Below, one piece after another: positions 28,790-38,009 of a DNA stretch of 48,823 nt (positions within the stretch are counted from its first letter, which is position 1; each line of letters opens with the position of its first letter). The stretch spans positions 1 to 48,823 of the forward strand of contig CAYYAL010000001.1 in NCBI GenBank assembly GCA_964469445.1, given 5' to 3'. Under the pieces are notes generated by a model. It made no database searches. It saw only the letters and a program-made list of their open reading frames with translations, and had not been told where the DNA came from. A program made the position numbers and the translations under genes. The DNA comes from an uncultured Muribaculaceae bacterium. GTDB taxonomy: Bacteria; Cyanobacteriota; Vampirovibrionia; Gastranaerophilales; Gastranaerophilaceae.

Positions 28790-31213
28790 ATGGAAAAAAG
28801 ATTTTCTTGCAAAACAATACTTGCATCGATTTTTGCGTTGTTTTGCATGGTTTCACCTGCGTTTGCAAGTGAAGCTGATTTGGTAGTTCCAAATATTCGC
28901 CAAGCTTCGGAATTCGATTTCAATTTATTAGTAATTGGAATGATAGTTTCTGTAATTGGTGTTATTTTTGGATTTATTGAATACTTACGTGTTAAAAAAA
29001 TTGATGTTCACGCATCAATGGCACAAGTCGGAAATACAATTTTTGAAACCTGTAAGACTTATCTGGTACAACAAGGAAAATTCCTTATTGCATTAGAAAT
29101 TTTAATCGGTTTATGTATTGCGTTCTACTTTGGCGTTTTGTCAAAAATGAGTACACAAGATGTATTAATCATTCTTGGTTGGTCTGTAATCGGTATATTG
29201 GGTTCATATTCAGTAGCATGGTTCGGAATCAGAATGAATACTCTCGCGAATTCAAGAACAGCATTTACAGCATTAAAAGGTAATCCGTTGAACATCTTAA
29301 ATATTCCTCTAAAAGCAGGTATGTCAATAGGTGTTCTTTTAGTATCAGTTGAATTGATTATGATGTTAATCATTCTTTTATTTGTACCGGGCCATATCGC
29401 AGGAGCTTGCTTTATCGGTTTTGCAATCGGTGAATCTTTAGGTGCATCTGCACTTCGTGTTGCAGGTGGTATCTTCACAAAAATCGCAGATATCGGTTCA
29501 GATTTAATGAAAATTCAATTCGGAATTAAAGAAGATGACCCTAGAAACCCCGGTGTAATCGCAGATTGTACAGGTGATAATGCCGGAGATTCCATCGGAC
29601 CTACTGCTGACGGATTTGAAACTTACGGTGTAACTGGTGTTGCTCTTGTTTCATTTATTCTTTTAGCTGTTATGGGCGACGTTAATCAAGTTAAATTATT
29701 ATCTTGGATTTTCGTTATGAGATTTTTAATGATTGTAACTTCTGTTGTTGCTTATTGGATTAACGGCGTTGTTACTAAAGTTTATTCTCTAAAAACTAAA
29801 AAATTCGATTTCGAATTACCTTTGACAAATTTGGTATGGATAGCTTCTATCTTATCAATCGCTATGACATATAGCGTAAGCCATTGGTTATTAGCAGATT
29901 TAGGAAACCATTTATGGTTAATACTTGCTTCAATTATTTCTTGCGGAACATTGGGTGCTGCATTAATTCCTGAAGCAACAAAAGTATTTACTTCTCCTAA
30001 AGCAAAACACACAAGCGAAGTTGTTACAGCTTCTCGTGAAGGCGGAGCATCTTTAACTATCCTTTCCGGTTTGGTTTCAGGTAACTTCTCTTGCTTATGG
30101 ATTGGCTTTGTTATCGTATTATTAATGGGCTTAGCTTATTTTGCAAGCACATTTATTCCTGCAGGCACTATGATTTATCCGTCTGTATTCGCATTCGGTT
30201 TAGTTGCTTTCGGTTTCTTAGGAATGGGACCTATTACTATTGCAGTTGACTCTTACGGCCCTGTAACAGATAATGCTCAATCAGTTTACGAATTATCATT
30301 GATTGAAAATGTTCCTAATGTTTCAGAAGAAATTGAAAAGGAATACGGTTTCAAACCTGATTTTGAAAACGCAAAACAATATTTAGAAGAAAATGATGGG
30401 GCAGGAAACACTTTCAAAGCTACTTCAAAACCGGTTCTAATCGGTACAGCTGTTGTTGGTGCTACTACTATGATTTTCTCTTTGATATTGGTAATCAAAA
30501 ATGTTTTAGGTATTCAACCTGAAGCTATTTTGAACTTATTAAATCCATACACATTGCTTGGTTTCATAACCGGTGGTGCTGTAATTTACTGGTTCTCAGG
30601 TGCTTCTATGCAAGCTGTTACAACAGGTGCATATTCAGCAGTTGAATTTATCAGAAAACATATTAAATTAGATAGTGATGAACAATCAGCAAACTTAGCT
30701 AACTCAAAAGAAGTTGTTAAAATTTGTACACAATACGCTCAAAAAGGTATGGTAAATATCTTTATCGCATTGTTCTCTTTTGCTTTGGCTCTTGCTTTCT
30801 TATCAGCACCTATCGGTGAAAATAACTTACCTGTATCATTCTTCGTAAGTTACTTAATTGCTATTGCAGTATTTGGCTTATTCCAAGCTGTATTTATGGC
30901 AAATGCCGGCGGTTGTTGGGATAATGCAAAGAAAATTGTTGAAGTTGATTTGAACGAAAAAGGAACTCCGCTTCACGATGCAACAGTTATCGGTGATACT
31001 GTCGGTGATCCATTCAAAGATACTTCTTCAGTTGCGATGAATCCGATTATCAAATTCACTACGTTGTTTGGATTATTAGCAATGGAAATTGCTATTGCTC
31101 CTGCATTTAATCAATATGCACACATTGCAGGTGTTGTCTTCTTATTAATTGCATTGATATTCGTAATTCGTTCTTTCTACGCAATGAGAATTCCTAATAA
31201 AGAAGAAAACTAA
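28790..31213 (+). CDS. hppA: Membrane-bound proton-translocating pyrophosphatase (K+-independent type)
   Basis: 807 aa and polytopic. Contains 'GDNAGD', 'GNTFKATSKP' (Lys at the A/K position), 'NAGGCWDNAKK' and 'GDTVGDPFKDT'. Confidence 0.9.
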   Translation: MEKRFSCKTILASIFALFCMVSPAFASEADLVVPNIRQASEFDFNLLVIGMIVSVIGVIFGFIEYLRVKKIDVHASMAQVGNTIFETCKTYLVQQGKFLIALEILIGLCIAFYFGVLSKMSTQDVLIILGWSVIGILGSYSVAWFGIRMNTLANSRTAFTALKGNPLNILNIPLKAGMSIGVLLVSVELIMMLIILLFVPGHIAGACFIGFAIGESLGASALRVAGGIFTKIADIGSDLMKIQFGIKEDDPRNPGVIADCTGDNAGDSIGPTADGFETYGVTGVALVSFILLAVMGDVNQVKLLSWIFVMRFLMIVTSVVAYWINGVVTKVYSLKTKKFDFELPLTNLVWIASILSIAMTYSVSHWLLADLGNHLWLILASIISCGTLGAALIPEATKVFTSPKAKHTSEVVTASREGGASLTILSGLVSGNFSCLWIGFVIVLLMGLAYFASTFIPAGTMIYPSVFAFGLVAFGFLGMGPITIAVDSYGPVTDNAQSVYELSLIENVPNVSEEIEKEYGFKPDFENAKQYLEENDGAGNTFKATSKPVLIGTAVVGATTMIFSLILVIKNVLGIQPEAILNLLNPYTLLGFITGGAVIYWFSGASMQAVTTGAYSAVEFIRKHIKLDSDEQSANLANSKEVVKICTQYAQKGMVNIFIALFSFALALAFLSAPIGENNLPVSFFVSYLIAIAVFGLFQAVFMANAGGCWDNAKKIVEVDLNEKGTPLHDATVIGDTVGDPFKDTSSVAMNPIIKFTTLFGLLAMEIAIAPAFNQYAHIAGVVFLLIALIFVIRSFYAMRIPNKEEN

Positions 31214-31233
31214 TTAGGAGTTTTTGAATAATC

Positions 31234-31276
31234 AAGAGGCGAGCTTTTGAGAAATCTCCAAAGCCCGCCTCTTTTA
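31234..31276. terminator. Bidirectional intrinsic terminator
   Basis: AAGAGGCGAGCTTT ... AAAGCCCGCCTCTT forms a 14-bp stem with one mismatch, followed by a T-run, between convergent hppA and the XRE gene. Confidence 0.6.
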
Positions 31277-31281
31277 ATTAA

Positions 31282-31500
31282 CTAATAAAAAAATTTTTCT
31301 GGTGGAATATTAAAAAAATCAGATAATAAAAATAACGTATTTAAACTTATTTTTTCTTTATTATTTTCTATTCGATTTATAAATTCTCTTGATAAATCAA
31401 TCTTTTCAGCCAAACTCTCTTGAGAAAGACATTCCTTTTTTCTAAACATTTTAATATTTTTAGAAATATTTTCGTAATATTTTTTAAACTTCTCTTGCAT
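31282..31500 (-). CDS. XRE-family helix-turn-helix transcriptional regulator
   Basis: 72 aa. Contains 'LSQESLAEKIDLSREFINRIENNKEKISLNTL'. Confidence 0.85.
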   Translation of the reverse strand: MQEKFKKYYENISKNIKMFRKKECLSQESLAEKIDLSREFINRIENNKEKISLNTLFLLSDFFNIPPEKFFY

Positions 31501-31534
31501 ATTTTACATTTTACTTTTATTATAAAAAATAATC

Positions 31535-31553
31535 TGTGAAGTTTTACATCACA
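31535..31553. promoter_or_regulatory. Imperfect inverted repeat, candidate operator
   Basis: TGTGAAG-TTTTA-CATCACA lies between the divergent genes. TTTTACAT is also repeated at 31502-31509 and 31542-31549. Confidence 0.3.
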
Positions 31554-31571
31554 AACAAAAAGGAGTTAATT

Positions 31572-31733
31572 ATGTTTAAAATAAAACAATTAGAAACCTT
31601 AAATAAAGATATTGAAGATTTAAAAAGTATAATGAAATATGAAGAATACGGATTAAATACAGAACAAATGAAACTTCAATTAAGAGGAATTATTTTAAAT
31701 TTACAAGACCATGTCAATGAGCTTTTAGATTAA
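31572..31733 (+). CDS. Small helical hypothetical protein (53 aa)
   Basis: ATG at 31572 is preceded by AAAGGAG with a 6-nt spacing (the track's 31536 GTG start is unlikely). Sequence: MFKIKQLETLNKDIEDLKSIMKYEEYGLNTEQMKLQLRGIILNLQDHVNELLD. Confidence 0.5.
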   Translation: MFKIKQLETLNKDIEDLKSIMKYEEYGLNTEQMKLQLRGIILNLQDHVNELLD

Positions 31734-31762
31734 ATTTTTATTTTTTATGTTATAATTTTTCT

Positions 31763-32230
31763 ATGAAAAAATTTTTATTAACTTTAATTTGTATATTAAC
31801 TTGTGGCTTAATCGTTTTTGCAGGAGAAAAAGAAGATGCAATTGCATTTTTTAATTCTTACGCAAACGCAGCAAATACTTATAATCCTGTTCTAATCACT
31901 TATTACTCACCAAGTGCAAAGATAATAAGACAGGTTGTAAAACCTGACGGAACAACTGCTAATGTCATAACAGATACAAAGACTTATATCCATCAAATGA
32001 AAATCTCTCAAGGAGTTGCAAAAGCCAGAAAATATACAAATTCTTATTCAAACGTCAATATTTTTAAAGTTCAAAACGGTTATAAAATAACGGCTTTAAG
32101 ACAACCAAAAGGTGAAACTTATAAATTAAAAATGTATCAAATTGTCCAAAAACAATCTAATGGGAAATGGCTTATTGTTGAAGAAATGATGCAAACAAAA
32201 GAACAAATATTGTTAAAATATGCGAAATAA
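31763..32230 (+). CDS. Secreted hypothetical protein
   Basis: 155 aa with a signal peptide (LLTLICILTCGLIVFA). The NTF2/SnoaL-like assignment is a guess only. Confidence 0.55.
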   Translation: MKKFLLTLICILTCGLIVFAGEKEDAIAFFNSYANAANTYNPVLITYYSPSAKIIRQVVKPDGTTANVITDTKTYIHQMKISQGVAKARKYTNSYSNVNIFKVQNGYKITALRQPKGETYKLKMYQIVQKQSNGKWLIVEEMMQTKEQILLKYAK

Positions 32231-32264
32231 ATATATTTAATTTAAAAAAGAGTTGGGGTGAAAG

Positions 32265-33425
32265 TTGAATAAATTCAGATTTTTGACGTCAGGAGAAAGC
32301 CATGGTAAAGCGTTAAACGCTATTATAGAAGGTATTCCTGCCGGATTTAAAATAAGTGAAGAGTTTATTAATAAAGAACTTGCAAAAAGACAGGTCGGCT
32401 ACGGTCGTGGCGGAAGAATGTCGATTGAAAACGACACTGTTGAAATAAAATCAGGGGTTCGTTTCGGAAAAACAACAGGTTCTCCGATTTTATTAGAAAT
32501 TCAAAATAAAGATTATGAAAACTGGCAAATTCCAATGAGTGTTGAGGAATTAGATTTTTCCAATGTCGAGATTTTAAAACAAGTTGCACAAAAATCGATT
32601 ACCAAACCAAGACCCGGACATGCAGATTTAGCGGGTTCTCAAAAATACAATTTGGAAGATATAAGAGATGTTTTGGAACGCTCAAGTGCCAGAAAGACTG
32701 CAATAGATGTTGCCGTCGGAGCTGTCGCAAAACAAATTTTATTAGAATTCGGAATTTCAGGATTTTCACATGTTACACAAATCGGCGAAGTTCAGGCTCG
32801 GAATTTATCAGCAAATTATACATTGATAAAAGAAGTTGCAGACAATTCTATATTAAGATGTGCCGATGCTGAAATGGAAATGCGAGATGAAATTGACAAA
32901 GCAAAAGAATCAGGAGACACTTTAGGTGGAAAATTCGAGGTTATTTTCGGAAATTTGCCTGTCGGATTAGGCTCTTATGTACATTGGGACAGGAAATTAG
33001 ACGGTAGACTTGCACAAGCTGTTATGAGCATAAACGGCGTGAAATCTGTTGAAATAGGTGCAGGAGTTGAGTGTGCTGAAACCTTAGGCAGTTTATTTCA
33101 AGATGAAATATTTATCGAAAACGGAACTTTTTTCAGAAAAACAAATAACGCAGGTGGAATTGAAGGCGGTATGACAAACGGAGAAGCCCTTGTTATAAAA
33201 GCTTGTATGAAACCAATTCCAACTATGAGAAAATCTCTTGCAACAGTTGATTTGCTCACAAAAACTCAAGCCACTGCTCATTTTGAACGCTCTGATACAA
33301 CTGCCGTTCCTGCTTGTGCCGTTGTCGCGGAAGCTTTTGTAGCTTGTATTTTAGTTGATGAATTCCTTGAAAAATTCTCAGGCGACAGTTTAAACGAAAT
33401 TAAAAAAAATTATGAAAATATCTGA
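32265..33425 (+). CDS. aroC: Chorismate synthase
   Basis: 386 aa with a TTG start. Contains 'TSGESHGKAL', 'RPGHAD' and 'NAGGIEGGMTNG'. Confidence 0.93.
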   Translation: MNKFRFLTSGESHGKALNAIIEGIPAGFKISEEFINKELAKRQVGYGRGGRMSIENDTVEIKSGVRFGKTTGSPILLEIQNKDYENWQIPMSVEELDFSNVEILKQVAQKSITKPRPGHADLAGSQKYNLEDIRDVLERSSARKTAIDVAVGAVAKQILLEFGISGFSHVTQIGEVQARNLSANYTLIKEVADNSILRCADAEMEMRDEIDKAKESGDTLGGKFEVIFGNLPVGLGSYVHWDRKLDGRLAQAVMSINGVKSVEIGAGVECAETLGSLFQDEIFIENGTFFRKTNNAGGIEGGMTNGEALVIKACMKPIPTMRKSLATVDLLTKTQATAHFERSDTTAVPACAVVAEAFVACILVDEFLEKFSGDSLNEIKKNYENI

Positions 33426-33936
33426 TAAAAAAAATATTGTTCTTATCGGAATGATGGGAGCAGGCAAAACTTTTATTGCGAAAAATCTTTTAAAAATTTT
33501 AAAAGATTTTTCGCTCTTAGATATTGATTTAGAAATTGAAAAAAATCAAAATATGACGATTTCTGAAATTTTTGAAAAATACGGCGAAAATCATTTTAGA
33601 AATTTAGAAAGAAAAATTATCGAACAAAATACTACCTGCAAAAACCTTATAATTTCACTGGGTGGCGGAGCTTTTGAAGATAAAATTAATCAAAAAAATC
33701 TTAAAGAAAATGGCATTATTTTTTATTTAAAAACAGATGAGGAAACTTTGTTCAACAGAATTAAAAATGAAGATAATCGTCCGCTTTTAAAAACTGAAAA
33801 TCCATTTGAAACTTTAAAAAAATTGTTACAAAAACGTGAAAAAAATTATCTTAAAGCCGATTTTGTGATACAAACAGATAATAAAACAGTTGATATTATT
33901 TTAGATGAGATTATTAAAAACTATGAAAAAAAATAA
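33412..33936 (+). CDS. aroK: Shikimate kinase
   Basis: 174 aa. Contains 'LIGMMGAGKT', 'GE..FR..E' and 'SLGGGA'. It overlaps aroC by 14 nt. Confidence 0.85.
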   Translation: MKISDKKNIVLIGMMGAGKTFIAKNLLKILKDFSLLDIDLEIEKNQNMTISEIFEKYGENHFRNLERKIIEQNTTCKNLIISLGGGAFEDKINQKNLKENGIIFYLKTDEETLFNRIKNEDNRPLLKTENPFETLKKLLQKREKNYLKADFVIQTDNKTVDIILDEIIKNYEKK

Positions 33937-34990
33937 TATTTTAGTAAGAATACCTGCAAAAAAAGAAATTGCTTACGATATTTTTATCGATGACGATACA
34001 ATTTATAATTTAAAAAATAAAATAAATAAATTTTGCATAGACAAAAAAATTCTTGTTGTGATAAGCGAAAAAGTTGAGAAACTTTATGGCGATAAATTAT
34101 GTTTTGTAAATGGTGAAAAATTCATATTAAAAGATGGGGAAAATCAAAAAAATTTAAAAAATTATAAAAAGATTTTAGACAAAGCCCAAAAAATAGGTTT
34201 AGAAAGAAAAGATGTAATTATTGCAATCGGCGGCGGAGTTGTTGGCGATATTACAGGATTTGTGGCTTCAACATATTTAAGAGGAATTGATTTTATTCAA
34301 GTTCCGACGACATTACTTTCAATGGTAGATTCTTCTGTCGGCGGAAAAGTCGCTGTAAATACCGAGTTCGGCAAAAATTTAGTCGGAGCATTTTATCAAC
34401 CGAAAGCTGTTTTTATAAATCTGAATTTTCTCAAAACACTTGATGAAAGGCAGTTTTTATCAGGAATGGGAGAGGTTGTTAAATATTCTTTTATAGAAAA
34501 AACTTGTCAAAATAATAATGGCTTAAACTTATTTGATATTTTATCAGATAATTATGAAAAGATTTTAGCACGAGATTTAGAAATATTTTTAATGATTATA
34601 ACCTTTTGCTTAAAATTAAAAGCAAGTGTTGTTGAAAAAGATGAGAGAGAAGAAAATCTTAGAAGAATACTGAATTTTGGACACACTTACGGACATGCAT
34701 TGGAACGATTAACAAATTACAAAAAGTTTACTCACGGCGAAGCTATCGTTTACGGAATGATTTTTGCCTTTGAAATATCTTTAAAAAAGGCTTTTATAAC
34801 AATAGAATATTTTGAAAAATCAATTCAATTAATTAAAAAATTCTTTGAAATAACTGATTTAAAAATTAATAAAAAGAAAATTTTTAAATTAATGATGTTC
34901 GATAAAAAAGTTGAAAATAAAGAAATAAGATTTATTTTGCCGGTTGAAAATCAAAATGTAATCATAGTAAATGTTTCGAATTTTGAATAA
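33923..34990 (+). CDS. aroB: 3-dehydroquinate synthase
   Basis: Contains 'AIGGGVVGDITGFVASTYLRGI.FIQVPTTLL' and 'LNFGHTYGHALE'. The start is ambiguous: ATG at 33923 is preferred, and the track gives 33905. Confidence 0.88.
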   Translation: MKKNNILVRIPAKKEIAYDIFIDDDTIYNLKNKINKFCIDKKILVVISEKVEKLYGDKLCFVNGEKFILKDGENQKNLKNYKKILDKAQKIGLERKDVIIAIGGGVVGDITGFVASTYLRGIDFIQVPTTLLSMVDSSVGGKVAVNTEFGKNLVGAFYQPKAVFINLNFLKTLDERQFLSGMGEVVKYSFIEKTCQNNNGLNLFDILSDNYEKILARDLEIFLMIITFCLKLKASVVEKDEREENLRRILNFGHTYGHALERLTNYKKFTHGEAIVYGMIFAFEISLKKAFITIEYFEKSIQLIKKFFEITDLKINKKKIFKLMMFDKKVENKEIRFILPVENQNVIIVNVSNFE

Positions 34991-35026
34991 GAAATAAAAC
35001 AAAATTAATTAAAAAGTCAAAATAAA

Positions 35027-36268
35027 TTATTTCAACTTCTTAAATTCCTTGATAAAATCTTCTAAAACAGTTGCAATATCATTTTCATCAAGAGTTTTTA
35101 AATCCAAATCAATTTGTCTGTTTTCAGGACTATCCAACCCTTGAAAAACAATATCCACCTTAACTTTTGCAAATCCTGGGTAAGTAATTCTTACAAATCC
35201 GCTTTGATTCTCATTTGAAAGAGCGAAAATGCTTGCATTTTCGCAAACCTTTTGTTCAATTTTGGTATCGAAAAGTTTTGTTTCCCAAGATTTTTGTATC
35301 TTATAAAATGCGGGTACAATGACTTTTTCCATTTTTTTATTAAATTTTATTTTGAATAATTTGAAATTTTTATTACACAAATCAACATCATCAAGCCAAT
35401 TTTTTGCAAGAGATTTTTCTTCAATTTCTGTTGTAATAACAGCATTCACATTTTTATTTACCGCCTGAAAAAGTGCATCTTGACATTGATTAAGCAATTT
35501 ATTAAAATCATCGTCCAAAACTTCACAAATGCCCGCATGTATTTTTAAACCATTTTCTAATTGCCCCTCTATTTTATTTATTACAGTATTTGCACCGTCT
35601 AAATTCGTTTTCTTAAGAAGAATTGCAATTCTGTTCCCTTGCATATGTGCAAGAATATCTGATGTTCTTACCGAAGATTTAATTATATTAACAAAGTTTT
35701 TTACAGAAATTTTCGATTTAGAATTTTCATCTAAAGAAATAAGAATAAAAACCGCATCATTTTTTTGTCGAATAATTTTCACAACCTCAGAAGATAAAAT
35801 TTCAGAAGAATATTTAATAGAATAAATTCCGCTTTGTTTATTTATAATTCTTAAATCTTCCAAAATTTCGAAATACTCTTTATTCTTTTGAGCCAAAGCA
35901 TTTTTTTTCATACTCCATATAACACGCATTAAAAAATCTGTATCATCTGATTTCAAAACCATATAATCATCAATTTTTTCATCAAAACAATTGATAATAA
36001 AATCTCTGTTATATTCATCAAGCAACAAAATCAAAGGCATTTGAGGTTTAAAAGATTTTATTTTTTTTATCAAATCAAGAGTCTTTTTTTCTTCATCAGC
36101 ATGAATAATTACAGAATTCGGATTACTTTTTTCAATAACATCAAGAGCTTTTTGATATTTGCAAGAAACAATTTTATCAAAGCTCCTTAATAAAGCCAAC
36201 TTCGGATTTACAAGTTCTGTTATGTCATCATTTTGAGTTATTAAAACTAAATTATGTTCTTCCGCCAT
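35027..36268 (-). CDS. Receiver-like domain + degenerate GGDEF domain protein with unknown C-terminal domain
   Basis: 413 aa. The N-terminal ~120 aa are CheY-like ('VIIHADEE...PLILLLDE...DDYMVLK'). The middle region 'AVFILISLDENSK...RTSDILAHMQGNRIAILLKKTNLDGA' aligns to the GGDEF pattern, with QGNRI replacing GGDEF. Confidence 0.5.
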   Translation of the reverse strand: MAEEHNLVLITQNDDITELVNPKLALLRSFDKIVSCKYQKALDVIEKSNPNSVIIHADEEKKTLDLIKKIKSFKPQMPLILLLDEYNRDFIINCFDEKIDDYMVLKSDDTDFLMRVIWSMKKNALAQKNKEYFEILEDLRIINKQSGIYSIKYSSEILSSEVVKIIRQKNDAVFILISLDENSKSKISVKNFVNIIKSSVRTSDILAHMQGNRIAILLKKTNLDGANTVINKIEGQLENGLKIHAGICEVLDDDFNKLLNQCQDALFQAVNKNVNAVITTEIEEKSLAKNWLDDVDLCNKNFKLFKIKFNKKMEKVIVPAFYKIQKSWETKLFDTKIEQKVCENASIFALSNENQSGFVRITYPGFAKVKVDIVFQGLDSPENRQIDLDLKTLDENDIATVLEDFIKEFKKLK

Positions 36269-36283
36269 AAAAAATAAAAATCC

Positions 36284-37084
36284 TTATTTCGACAACTCTT
36301 GCAAAAGAGTTTTTGATTTTGCTAAAATTTCATCTCTAAATGATAAAACTTCTTCCACATCTATATTTAAAACATCAGTATATTCAAAATTTATATTCTG
36401 CGGAGCATAATTCTCACTTACAAGCTTATCAATTAAATATGTCATGGAAGCCACATTCGGCATACTTGACAGACAAGGTTCATGATGATATTTTATTGCA
36501 TTAATTAAAGCAACGGGAAGCTTCCATTTTTTAGCCAAAACCCCGCCCACTTGGGCATGATCAATGTCAAAAACCTTTTGTTCTGCTTCAATAATATCAA
36601 CTGTATGTGTATTATTTTTTTTAAATACTGCATATTCTTTAGGATATTTTATATTAAAAATTATCTTGCCTATATCGTGTAAAAAACCAATGGTAAAGGC
36701 TTCATCAGCATTCATCAGATTATATTTTTGAGCTATAAACTCACACCCCACAGCAGTATTTATAGAATGCGACCATAAAGATTTGTCTATTTGATTTGTA
36801 AGCATAGGTTTCATCGCAAGCGTTATTATAACATTTTTAGCTCCGTTCATACCAAGCAAAGCTGCCGCCTGATTTATAGACAAAATCTGTTGAGCAAATC
36901 CGTAATATGCTGAATTCACAAGATTTAATATTTTAGTTGAAAGAGCTTGGTCATAAGTCATTATACCTGCAAGTTCTTTAACACCTGCATTCTCATCTTT
37001 TATAAGTTTTAAAGCCTTAACAACAATATTCGGCATTGCCGGCAAATCTTTTATATTCTCTAAAATTTCTCTAAGATTATACAT
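36284..37084 (-). CDS. HDOD domain signalling protein
   Basis: 266 aa. Contains 'LPAMPNIVVKALKLIKDENAGVKELAGIMTYDQALSTKILNLVNSAYYGF' and 'GFLHDIGK'. Confidence 0.85.
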   Translation of the reverse strand: MYNLREILENIKDLPAMPNIVVKALKLIKDENAGVKELAGIMTYDQALSTKILNLVNSAYYGFAQQILSINQAAALLGMNGAKNVIITLAMKPMLTNQIDKSLWSHSINTAVGCEFIAQKYNLMNADEAFTIGFLHDIGKIIFNIKYPKEYAVFKKNNTHTVDIIEAEQKVFDIDHAQVGGVLAKKWKLPVALINAIKYHHEPCLSSMPNVASMTYLIDKLVSENYAPQNINFEYTDVLNIDVEEVLSFRDEILAKSKTLLQELSK

Positions 37085-37094
37085 TTAAAACCCT

Positions 37095-38009
37095 TTAAAC
37101 TTGTAAGTGTTTTTTAATAGATAAGAAACTTCCGCCTGCACCAAACACAATTGCAATTACAAATAAAGATATTACAACGATTTTATCGGCAAATAAAGGT
37201 GAAGGAATTAAGAAAAATTTATGAACATCATCTAATAATCCTTCCACTATATTTAACGGGAACAAAGCAACAAAAGCCCCTAAAAATCCATATAAAGCCC
37301 CTTGCATAATAAGCGGAATTTTTATGTACCAATTACTTACGCCCATCAGTCGCATAATTTCTATTTCTTCTTTTCTCGATTGAATTACAAGCTGAATTGT
37401 ATTATTTATAATTGTTATCGTCAAAATTGCCACAATTATAACGACAAAAATCGTTGTCGTATTAACAACCTTATTCAAAAATTGAATTTTCTTAGCCAGT
37501 TCCTGTGCATAATTCATATCTTCTGCCGCCGAAAGCAATTTTATTTTATTAAAAACAACCGTTATATTTTCAGGCTTATCCACCTTAACCCTAAGCGTAT
37601 CCGGCAAAGGATTATCAATATCAGGAAGATCAATTTCTCGCCTCAAATCGTTCCAAGATTTTTCTTTTGGAATAATTTTAACTCTTTCGACATGTTCAAA
37701 TTCTTCAATTTTATTTTTAACTGTTTTCGCATCAGCCCTGTCTTTTAAATAAACAGAAATTTCGAGAACATTACCCATTTCGCTTGCAAAAGATGAAAGG
37801 GATAAAGTTGTTCTGAAAAGTGTAGCAAAAATTGTCAAAATAGCAGCCATAGTCGTTATAATAACCAAATTTACAAGCCCTGTTCTTTTGATATCATTAA
37901 GAGCTTCCATTGAAATTCTATAAACAATTCTCAACTCTGTAAGCCAATCTTTCGGAATATGTTGTTTTACTTTTTTCTTTATTTTTTGTTTACTGTTATT
38001 CATAACCAC
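37095..38009 (-). CDS. ftsX: Cell division permease-like protein FtsX
   Basis: 304 aa with 4 TM segments, an extracytoplasmic loop and a 'MRLMGVSNWYI' region. It follows ftsE. The start is GTG at 38009 or ATG at 38003. Confidence 0.85.
   Translation of the reverse strand: MVMNNSKQKIKKKVKQHIPKDWLTELRIVYRISMEALNDIKRTGLVNLVIITTMAAILTIFATLFRTTLSLSSFASEMGNVLEISVYLKDRADAKTVKNKIEEFEHVERVKIIPKEKSWNDLRREIDLPDIDNPLPDTLRVKVDKPENITVVFNKIKLLSAAEDMNYAQELAKKIQFLNKVVNTTTIFVVIIVAILTITIINNTIQLVIQSRKEEIEIMRLMGVSNWYIKIPLIMQGALYGFLGAFVALFPLNIVEGLLDDVHKFFLIPSPLFADKIVVISLFVIAIVFGAGGSFLSIKKHLQV

Noticed and set aside
31282-31733. XRE plus small divergent ORF as a prophage cI/cro immunity region (also 44162-44623)
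   Set aside because: There are no integrase, excisionase, replication, structural or lysis genes, and no att-like tRNA nearby. Flanking genes are housekeeping, and the small ORFs lack an HTH. A decayed remnant cannot be excluded.
33412-33936. Apparent recurring 14-nt gene overlaps (aroC/aroK, aroK/aroB, ftsE/ftsX)
   Set aside because: Two of the three depend on my choice among alternative start codons (aroB 33905 versus 33923, ftsX GTG 38009 versus ATG 38003). Ordinary translational coupling explains them.
37302-37748. 148-aa track ORF on the + strand (and similar antisense ORFs at 6312-6674, 29125-29478, 41733-42050, 43137-43418, 35529-35825)
   Set aside because: All are embedded antisense in well-supported conserved genes (ftsX, dapL-like, hppA, fusA, GGDEF-like). 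Their translations are low-complexity, as expected from AT-rich sequence.
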